A DNA stretch of 63,945 bases, counting the filler, from Octopus bimaculoides (Eukaryota), in assembly GCF_001194135.2 (NCBI RefSeq). It is 5 parts of 5 records of this genome, joined end to end, with 100 filler letters (N's around TTAATTAATTAA, not from the genome) between each part and the next. Parts side by side here need not be neighbours in the genome. Positions count along the whole stretch, not along the records: positions 50,262 to 60,208 come from NC_068981.1; positions 60,309 to 62,435 come from NW_026371670.1; 3 more parts are not named here. The stretch is one strand, 5' to 3'. Position numbers and translations under genes: made by a program. Positions within the stretch are counted from its first letter, which is position 1, and each line of letters starts with the position of its first letter. Below are positions 50,275 to 60,329 of the stretch, one piece after another. A model generated the notes under the pieces. The model was not told the DNA's origin. It did not search any database and saw only the letters and a list, made by a program, of their open reading frames with translations.

Positions 50275-50850
50275 GTCAATTGCATCGACTTCAGTGCTTA
50301 ACTCAAACTTATTTTATTGACCCTAAAAAGAATGAAAGGCAAAGTCAAACTCATCAGAATTTTAACCCAGAACATAAATAAAGACGAAATGCTGTTAAGT
50401 ATTTTGTATGGCATGTTAATGATTCTGCAAGCTTGCCATCTTATAAATAATAATAATAATAATCCTTTCTACTGGAGACACAAGGCCTCAAATTAGCGTG
50501 GAGGGGACTAGTCAATTACATCAACCCCAGTGTTTCACTGGTATTTAACTTATCAACCCCAAAAGGATGAAAGGCAAAGTCAACCTCAGCGAAATTTGAA
50601 CTCATAACGTAGTGACGGGTGAAATACCACTAAGCATTTCATTCAGCGTGCTAACGATTCTGCCAGTTTGCCACCTTAATAATTATAATAGTAATAATCC
50701 TTTCTACTATAGGCACAAGGCCTGAAATTTTGGGGGAGGGGACTAGTCAATTACATCGACCCCAGTGTTTTACTGGTACTTAATTTATCCACCACAAAAG
50801 GATGAAAGGCAAAGCCAACCTCGATGGAATTTGAACACAAAACGTAGCAG
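50275..50850 (-). mobile_element. Three head-to-tail SINE family A copies separated by (AAT)n
   Basis: aaggatgaaaggcaaagtc block repeated at ~50330, ~50565 and ~50800. Confidence 0.85.
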
Positions 50851-51699
50851 CAGACGAGATACTGCTAAAGATTTCGGCCTGCAAGGTTCCTCCAAGGGTA
50901 CACTTCACCAAGTGTCCGAGGTAGCCAGTACGTTCCCTGTGAAAAAATTAGATAATGATGATGAGTAGTAAACACCTTCTTAATAAATATAGCAAAATAG
51001 GGATTTATTGTTCACACCTAACAAAGTTGAACTTTCTGAAGTTACCGGATGGGAAAATACCTGAACTACAGAGCGGTATGCTTAGTACCCTACCAGCCAT
51101 ATGGTTGGCATGGCAATATCCATGTGACATGAGATCATCATAATTCAAAATACCATCTACTTGAAGACTTGATCTGTATTCCTGTGCATGAACCCCTATC
51201 TCATCTCATTCATCCATGTATATATACACACACTGACTGTACTTGTATCCACAACATTTCATGGAATACCACATTATATAGCATGACTAGGAACAATGAA
51301 GTACCTGATATTAGATTATGAGTTGCACCCAGTCTGAATACAATTCAATCAAGTAAGCCCAACACCCAGAATGATAAACCAGGTTGCATGTAATTATACA
51401 CTCTTCAACAGGATGCCTCATGTATTCCCAAACTGCCAACTCAACAGGCTTATTGACTTACTGGATCAGATGAACTAACATGATATATTTGGATAATCTA
51501 TCATTGTTTTGTGAATACATATGAACTTATGCACAAGTGTGAGATATCAGCTAAGCGCATGTGTACAGGAGGAGGAGCAATGTAACCCTAGTAAGTGGTT
51601 GCAGTTTGACATGATAATGTTGAGATATTTGTTCATATGTGTATGTAACAATACGCATGCTTATAAGCCTTATTGAACATATATGTATTTTCTTTGTGT

Positions 51700-51750
<51 letters not shown>

Positions 51751-52456
51751 TATGTGAGGGAGTGGATGTATGTGTATGTGTGTGTGTATATATGAGTACA
51801 TGAGTGCGTAGGTACAGTATACTGATGTTAATGCATGCAAGTGATAGGGTAGTGGGTGTATTACATCTCAGCCACTACTCATATTCTAATCAACACAACC
51901 TTTGTATGTATGTCAATGAGCAGCTTGTTTGAAGCTGATACCATAAACCTGATAATTAAATGACCATAAGCCTTTCTGAACTTGATTCATAACAGGAGTG
52001 CCAGTACTGTAGCTGCCATTCCTACTATTGGTACTTTTATTATAATTGTTGTTGCTCTTATCAATCTCATCATCCTGGTCTCTGAGCATCTTGTTATTGA
52101 TGGAATGGTAGATACAAGCTGTCTTGTCTACAAGACTTTGTGGTTGCCCCTTTCTTTCTTTCCTTCCCTTTTCTCTATTGGGAATGGTTGGGAATGTATA
52201 TGAAAGTGTATGTGTATCTACCCACTATCTGCCCACTTAGATATAAAAAGGCCTTGCCTCAAACTTCTGTGCTCTATTTGTTTCTTTGCTTCTCTCCCAT
52301 TACACTCTGCCTTGGGTTCAGTCATTCTACTGATGTTGTTGTTAATTTGCATAATGGGGATATATATTGAGCTCTTAATTCTCTAATTCTTCATATATAT
52401 ATATAATAATATTATTAGGGACAAAATCCAAAATTACAGGTAAAAAAACTCAATGT

Positions 52457-53865
52457 ACTTTACCAACGTACTGAAATAATACACTATATATAATGTCTTT
52501 CACTTTCTTCCATAGATGAATAGCCCTTCATCTTGTATATAAATGGTAATTTCTGTCTTTCTGTCTGTCTGTCACCATCGATGAGTTCTTGAAAATTGGT
52601 TATTTTCCCTAAAACTATATACATATATATATATATATATCTTTAAATATAAATGGCAATTTCTATCTGTCTGTTTGTTACCATCTTGCTGCCCAAACCA
52701 GCAAACCAATCTTCACCAAACTTTGCATACATGTTGAACTAACACCCAGTTCGATTATAGGCTAATTAGATTTCAATAAAACCGATAATGGGCCAACTAC
52801 GGGGGTTGGGCTATTATATGATAAAATGAGAGGGGATACAAAAGTATTAGGTTGAGAGGAATGTGATGGCATAATGAGGGTGGCTGATATCAGGGAAGGG
52901 GAGAAGACAGAGACACAGGGAATGTGAGAGACAGACAGAGAGAACAACAGACAGGGATTGAGTGGAGAAGACAGAATATGTTTACTGAAGGGAAGAGGAA
53001 ATTTTAATATTTTGTTCTTTCTTTCTTACTATTACTTAATACATATGCTTTAGTGAATTAACTATCATATGCTCAGTCAAAACTTTTACGATATGTTCAA
53101 CAACAGATGTTAAACAAGTGAGAGGTAAAGTATTTTTACATTTGTTTTCAAATCATTATATTAATATTTATTAAAACTTTACCAACGTACTGAAATAATA
53201 CACTATATATAATGTCTTTCACTTTTTTCCATAGATGAATAGCCCTTCATCTTGTATATAAATGGTAATTTCTGTCTTTCTGTCTGTCTGTCACCATCTT
53301 ACTGCCTAAACCAGTAAACCAATCTTCAAACTTTCCATACATGTTAAACTAAAATCCAGTTCTATAACAGGCTAATTGGATTTCAATAACAATCTATAAT
53401 GTGCCCCCTAGTGAAGTTGGGCGAATTATATGATAAAATGAGAAAGGTGCAAAGAGTAGTAGTGTGAAGGAAATAAGGTGACAGAGTAAGGGTTACTGAT
53501 ATCAGGTAGGAGAGAGCAGCATTATCTAAGCAACAAATATGGAGTGGCAATAGGATAGTAATGTTAATACAACTGCCATATACACACCGCGCTGCATAAT
53601 ACTTTCATAAATACATAGATATATGCATGCACACACAACCATGCACATAGATAACTTTTAAAATGCCCAGGAAGGGGAAAAAGGTGGGTGTGAGGAACCA
53701 TTTTAAACTCTAGAAAAGAAGTATTCAGTCAATGCCCTCATCTAAAATGTTTTCTATTTCAGACATGGAATTCACCATTTGTTGAAAAGGCCTGTCACAA
53801 CTCCTTCAAATATTACCACAGCCAGAGCTGATGTAAGGGGTATAACTCCATCCTACTAGTAGTAT
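52457..53865 (+). mobile_element. Non-autonomous Helitron-like sequences with a 123-bp direct duplication
   Basis: 52457-52579 nearly identical to 53176-53298. Three starts of the type a|tc..tataaatgg.aatttct.tct.tctgtctgt..ccaatcttcaccaaacttt, and a CTAG preceded by an imperfect hairpin at ~53820-53862. Confidence 0.45.
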
Positions 53866-53952
53866 ACTCAATTATTTTTTGTTTACAAAATCATCTGATC
53901 ATTACATATTTTTTCCTCTAATTGTCGTGAGATTATGCACCTCCAGCTATTT

Positions 53953-54011
53953 GAGTCTGATGAGTTGCCTATACTACTAGGTGCTTTATAGGTTGAAACC
54001 AATGGTCGCTC
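53953..54011 (+). ncRNA. Intact-looking type I hammerhead ribozyme (GUC site)
   Basis: gagt-CTGATGA-gtt-gcctata-loop-tataggt-t-GAA-ACC-aat-GGT-C-gctc. Stems I (4 bp), II (7 bp) and III (3 bp) all pair; predicted cleavage after C54007. Confidence 0.85.
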
Positions 54012-54126
54012 TATGACCGGCCATAACTTTTAACTTCCTAAAAAGATATATTACTGCTCTAATGCTTTAGAGTGTGCTTCTTTTTCAGATACATGAACTA
54101 CTGACAATATATATATATATATAAAT

Positions 54127-54177
54127 TTATTAATGAGGGTAGAAATTGATATTAGTCAATTAAAACCAGTGGTCTAG
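54127..54177 (+). ncRNA. Second, mutated hammerhead-like copy ~170 nt downstream
   Basis: tta-TTAATGA-g..attga/tcaat-t-AAAAC-cagtg-GTC-tag. Stems retained, three core positions changed (C>T, G>A, G>A). Confidence 0.45.
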
Positions 54178-55089
54178 CATATTAAAAAAATCCGAAGATT
54201 AAAATTATATTACATACAAAAATAAGAGGAATGATGGACGGGTGTTAATGTGTGGCCATGCAGCGACCCCCCGCCGGGAGTCTAGGAAGGAAACTACACC
54301 CCGGCCGGTACCCAATACTGCGACCACACCAATTAAAGCCGCATCCGGGGATGGTTAGAGTGATCCGGCAAGCGCGCAGCCTTCGGTGCAAGGTGGCACC
54401 GACCACTTGAAAACAACGGGCGTTTAGGTGCGGTTATGATCCGTNNNNNNNNNNNNNNNNNNNNNNNNNNNNNNNNNNNNNNNNNNNNNNNNNNNNNNNN
54501 NNNNNNNNNNNNNNNNNNNNNNNNNNNNNNNNNNNNNNNNNNNNNNNNNNNNNNNNNNNNNNNNNNNNNNNNNNNNNNNNNNNNNNNNNNNNNNNNNNNN
54601 NNNNNNNNNNNNNNNNNNNNNNNNNNNNNNNNNNNNNNNNNNNNNNNNNNNNNNNNNNNNNNNNNNNNNNNNNNNNNNNNNNNNNNNNNNNNNNNNNNNN
54701 NNNNNNNNNNNNNNNNNNNNNNNNNNNNNNNNNNNNNNNNNNNNNNNNNNNNNNNNNNNNNNNNNNNNNNNNNNNNNNNNNNNNNNNNNNNNNNNNNNNN
54801 NNNNNNNNNNNNNNNNNNNNNNNNNNNNNNNNNNNNNNNNNNNNNNNNNNNNNNNNNNNNNNNNNAGGGAGAATTCACAAAAAAAACAACAGACGAAGTC
54901 AGGCGGTGTAGAAAGCAAATATATGTATTAATATAACGCTCGGGAATTGAAAACGTCTTTAACGTTTCACGCCTACACTCTTCCACAGAAAGGAACACAG
55001 AAAGAAACAAGGAGAGAAAAAAAATGTGTGTAGTGGTTAGCGATCTATCATGGTGAATATATATATATATGCAGAATATATATATATAT

Positions 55090-55712
55090 ATGCAGAAATG
55101 ACACCATGTTGTTTTTGGTAAGAAACTCATGAGTGAGAGCTTTGTGACAGGGTACATTATCATCATGAAAAATCCAATTCTTCATGCTCCACAGATATGG
55201 TCACTTTCATTAGATGTCCTCCCTCAAACACTTAAAAATGTCACAATAGAACTCTCAACTGACAGTCTGGCCCTTGGAGATGAATTCTCCGTGCACAATA
55301 CCATATTTTTGGAAATGATGCTCGTGACAAGTCTTCCAGATTGCTCATTGTCTTCCAAGGATGTTCTTCCGCTTTTGAAGTGCCCTTGCAACTCAAAACA
55401 TTGCATATGACCCCTTGCCTAGTCACTGTAAACTTGCCAAAGCATGCTAAATGTCTCTGTAGCAGACCTCCAAAGTTTAACGCAAAATTTCACATAGGCT
55501 CTTTGCTCCTGTCCATGACAAAATTGCAGACTACATGGTCATGATCACAAGCCCACAACTTCACAACTTGCAAAGTAAACACAGCAATGTCACTTGGCAC
55601 ACTGCACCATGAAGGTCACTGATAGCTCTCGCTGTGCACACAACTGTGTACTGCCATCTGTTGGTGCACTACAGCACTAGTCTGAAAACTTTTTGATACC
55701 ACCTCATACTTT
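55090..55712 (-). mobile_element. Internally deleted mariner element
   Basis: FKSGRTSLEDNEQSGR (HTH region) and ..PCHKALSLMSFLPK (post-HDNA region) on the minus strand; TIR-like tatgaggtggtatcaaaaagttttcagactag at 55678-55710. Confidence 0.75.
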
Positions 55713-56434
55713 CTCCCACAGCTTACAGCCTTCATCTCTTACATTTTGTCATTTCAACTCTTGCATCCAAAGTAATATGACAGCAACTTTTTGGCTGGCA
55801 CAGAATTTCAGATTTCTTCAAATTATATAGCATTATTATTTAGTGTGGCTTTGTTATCTAATGTTGGATTTAGCTACAAGTGCATATGATATACTGCATC
55901 GCTCTTATTCCAGATGACCATAAAGAGGATATCAAATGGAAATGAAGACAGTAGTAAAAAAATGATTCATAAAAGGATTACAGTGAATGTTAGATTTTAT
56001 GCTTTATAAAGTTTTGAAGCAGGTGTAATACACAACCATTTCACAAAAGCATTAAAGTGTGTGATATCTACAGCAGAAATGATATACAGCAATAGAAACA
56101 AATTTAGGCCACTTGTCAAGCAGCTGTTCTGTTGACTTTTGACTTTGGGCTTTTTCATAGATATGATATAATGCTTAATATGAAAGTGCTCCTGAGTTTG
56201 TGGATCCACAATCAGGCTGGATAGAAGTGAAATGTTTATTCAACTAAAAGATAAAAGTTCATATGAGAATTTACAGAAAAAAAAAGAATACTTTGTATGT
56301 GTGTATGTCTAAATATAAGTATCTGAACAGTTACATATACAAATTTACATACCGATAATGATGTTTCAAGTTAAAGTAATTGTAAATCTATATTTGATAG
56401 TATGTAGATTTTAAAAATCTAGAGATAAATGTTT

Positions 56435-56471
<37 letters not shown>

Positions 56472-57243
56472 TGTAATACTTATTTTTTTATGTTTGCATG
56501 TATGTATGTATGCATACATGCATATATGTATGTATTCATGTAGGTACAGATAAATGTATGTATGTATGTATGTATGTATTAATAAATGTACGTCTCTACA
56601 TATGTATGTATGAATAAATGTATGTCTGTACATATGTATGTATATATGTTTTATGTATGTTTAAATGTATTAATGAATGTATGCATAAACATATTGATGT
56701 GTGTATGTACGAAATTATGTATGTATGTTATGTTATCACATGAAAAAAGCAGTCATTATCTATAATGGCTGAAAATAGTTCAAACTATTAATCTAAATAC
56801 TCAACCTCATTTTACATACATACATCTTTGTCTTTATATGACACTCTAACTCAATTTAGAAAAAACAAATTATATTCTGTTTAAATTTAAGCTCAAGAAA
56901 AAGTGTATCTTTTTCGTGTGTCAGCCACTTAATGTCTGCTTTTATCTCACCCTAACATTTTATATTTTACTGCTTATTTTCCAGCCACAGAAACATAAAC
57001 AAGATATTTCTGTAAAGTATTACAAAATATTACTGTAAAGCATTTTGCATTAGTGTATGGCTGAAATTTTCTTCTATGTGTAGAAAAGCTTAAAACAATA
57101 ATTAGCTGAAGAATTAAGTGTGTTCAGTTTAGTAATAAAAATAATTTTATAGTTCTAATTAAAAATCACTAATTTTAAATATTCTTTCCTAATCATGAGT
57201 AGATATCTTCAGATCTAAGCTTATACTTTTTTTCCTTTTTTAG

Positions 57244-57389
57244 TGATAGGTCCAAACATTCTGTCTATTCATTTGGTGTTGAGTGACATTGACACACTTA
57301 TCTTCAATAACAATGAGAAGAAAGAGGTTCAAAAATGTTATTACAAGGGGCTGTTAAATGTGGGAAGGAACTACTACAAGTATACATAA
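57244..57389 (+). CDS. Candidate coding exon, unknown product (IGPNILSIHLVLSDIDTLIFNNNEKKEVQKCYYKGLLNVGRNYYKYT*)
   Basis: Strong polypyrimidine acceptor cttttttttccttttttAG followed by an open, non-repetitive frame; no clear donor. Confidence 0.3.
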
Positions 57390-57418
57390 GAGGGGAACCA
57401 GCTATTTAATTAAACAAT

Positions 57419-57600
57419 TATGAGGGGGTGCTGAAAAGTTCCTGGCTTTGAATAAAATAAAATACAGGAAGATCAGTTAATTATAATTTTATTCAACTAA
57501 TTCCTCACTCAGATTCATGCACTTATTGAAGTGGTCCTTCAGTTTTTCTAAAAGCCTTGTAAAAGAACTCAGCAGATTGGGCCTCCAGCCTTAAAACAAA
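57419..57600 (+). mobile_element. Mariner-type terminal fragment/MITE
   Basis: ta-tgagggggtgctgaaaagttcctggctt TIR-like start. Confidence 0.6.
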
Positions 57601-57966
57601 GAACTTTTCAGCATCCACTCATATGTAGCTCTAATGGCCATTTAAGATATGAAAGCAGAGAAAGCAGTAGATTTATTATGTATAGTTGCTGAGATGTTGA
57701 AAATATCTAGATACCAACTGAATGAACATTATTTATTTCATATTGCATACACAGTTTTGCAATTCATGCAATAAATGCAATAAAATTAGGATTCATTCAA
57801 ACTTCAGAATTTTAATTTGAACAACATTCAACATATGAAATAAACCTATAATACAGGATAAATTCTCACTGCTTTATGAGAGTGTCAACAACAGGCAAAT
57901 AAGCTCCATCTGGGTCTGTCTTTTAATGTGATAAAATGTTGCCAAACTGATCATTTTACTGACCAA

Positions 57967-58013
<47 letters not shown>

Positions 58014-58254
58014 ATGTACACACACATACACACACATATATGTATGTATATATATATGTATATATGTATGTATGCATTTATAAATATATGTATGTATGTA
58101 TATATATGTGCATGTGTGTGTGTGTTTGTGTGTGTGTGTGTGCATGTGGGTATCTATATAACAATAATACCACATGATTTGAGTTGACCAATAGAGGCCT
58201 AACATTAAGAAACCATCATGAATTTGCTTCATTTCCTGGTGCTTGAATCCCAAT

Positions 58255-58304
58255 TGCCTGATGAACTAGGTTTGTTTTATGACCCTATGAAACTTTAAGT
58301 TGCA
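58255..58304 (+). ncRNA. Intact-looking minimal type I hammerhead ribozyme (GUU site)
   Basis: tgc-CTGATGA-a(c)tagg-tttgttttatgac-ccta-t-GAAAC-tttaa-GTT-gca. Stem III region ACTTTAAGT is near-palindromic. Confidence 0.75.
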
Positions 58305-58394
58305 TGGAGCCAAGTCGGACTGTCATTAAACAATACATGTAACCCCTATCATGTGTTGAGAGACATTTTCTTTCATTTGCTCACTCACTTGTAT

Positions 58395-58890
58395 ACATGT
58401 ATGTGTATGGATGAGGACAGCTACATGAAGAAGTGCCAATCTCTAATTGTGGCGGGAACCTGTGGAAGGAGTAGACCCCAAAAGACGTGGGACAAAGTGG
58501 TGAAAAGGATAGTCAGACACTGGGCCTCACTGAGGAAATGACAAGGGATTGGGACTTGTGACAATTTATTGTACTTGAAATGTGTCAAGCTAGGTAAAAT
58601 CGCAGTCATCCATACATACATACAGGCATGTTTTTACAGGTGCTGGTGCCATGTAAAATGCACTCATGCCAGTGTCACGTAGAATGCACTTGTGTCAATG
58701 CTGCATAAAGTCACCCATACCAGTGGAATGTAAAATACACCCAGCATACTCATTAAAGTGTTTGGCTTTAGGAAGGGCATCCAGTCATAGAAACCATGTC
58801 AAACTAGACAACTGGAGTCTGGACAGCTCCCTGACTGGCTAGCTCTTGTCAAACCATCGTGGAAAACCAACTTTAGAGGATGATGATGAT
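58395..58890 (+). mobile_element. RTE-3'-end-related composite repeat with ~26-nt minisatellite and (GAT)n tail
   Basis: VAGTCGRSRPQKTWDKVV RTE-like C-terminus, catgtaaaatgcac-type repeats, ggatgatgatgatg tail. Confidence 0.6.
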
Positions 58891-59212
58891 GTGTGTGTGT
58901 ATAAGTATCTATGTATGTGTATAAAGCTTAGCTATCACTTGAAAGGGCGTATGATGTGGTGGCTAGTATGACAGTTTTACTAGTTGCTTTAGGTGCCTAA
59001 GGAAGCAGATATAGACATCCTGTCAGCCCTCCCAGCTTTGATACAGTGGAACATTGAGAATGTGAACACTTGTGTGAGAGAGAGAGAGAGAGAGATGCAC
59101 CAGTAGTCAGCTGGTACTCATTTTCAGCTGTGTAGACTGAGACAACATGAAATGCAGTGAGATCTGTTCAAGAACACAATGAGTAAATAGGAATCAAATT
59201 ATGAGGCCAAAT

Positions 59213-59432
59213 AAGTTGGCAAGCTGGTAGAATCATTAGCACACTGGGCCAAAATGCTTAGCAGCATTTCCTCTGTCTTGATGTTCTGGGTTCAAATTCC
59301 ACTGAGGTTGACTTTGCCTTTCATCCCTTTCAGGATTGATAAAATAAGAACCAGTCAAGAACTGGGGTTGATGTAATTGACTAACTCCCTCCCCAAATCT
59401 CAGGCCTTGTGCCTATAGCAGACAGGATTATT
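59213..59432 (+). mobile_element. SINE family A
   Basis: Homology to 8596-8808. Confidence 0.85.
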
Positions 59433-60208
59433 ATGAAGTCAACTCTGAAACCACTCAGCAATATACATTCACACGCACGCACACACAAACACACACACAA
59501 GCATAGAAGGATAAAAGTATAAGCAGGCAAAATAACTGGTACCAAGCTAGATTATGACATTTATATCTTTAAAAATAATGTTACATGAGTATAGGTCATA
59601 AGAAAGAAGAAAGTAAATAGGTGTTCCTTCCTTCTTATGATCTATACTCATGTAACATCATGTTTAAAGATATATAAATGTCATGACTTAATCTCATGCC
59701 AGTTGTTTTGCTTGTTTATACTTTTATCCTTTTATGCTCATACATGCTTAATTGATAAACTTCCTGTAGCTAATCATCATTATGCAGCTATAACATCCTT
59801 GCTTTTAGTTGTAGTTCAAGTTGGAGCTTTAGGCTTACAGTCAACCTTGAGTGTTAAATTGTATGTACATATTACTTTCCCTCATGATATAACTTGAATT
59901 ATATATATACAGGGTGACCCAGTATTAACTACCTATTTCAGTGAAATTGGATAATTTTCTTAAAAACTCACTTTTATTTATGCTTATCATTAAACATGAT
60001 GTTTTAAAAGTGTTTAGATTTTTAATTTTATTTATAATTTTATAATTTTTATAAATTTCTTTTTTCATAATTTTATTTTCATTCCTGTTGGATCACAACA
60101 GCTTTTTTTTTTTCAATTGAATTTGCAATAATTTTTCGGTCAATATAAAGATCTTCAAAGGAAAACAAAAAAAATAATAAACCAGCCTGCTGGGTGTTAA
60201 CAAGTATG

Positions 60209-60308
60209 NNNNNNNNNNNNNNNNNNNNNNNNNNNNNNNNNNNNNNNNNNNNTTAATTAATTAANNNNNNNNNNNNNNNNNNNNNNNNNNNNNNNNNNNN
60301 NNNNNNNN
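60209..60308. other. Artificial scaffold spacer
   Basis: N44-TTAATTAATTAA-N44. Confidence 0.95.
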
Positions 60309-60329
60309 GATTAGCTCGCAGCAATCGAT

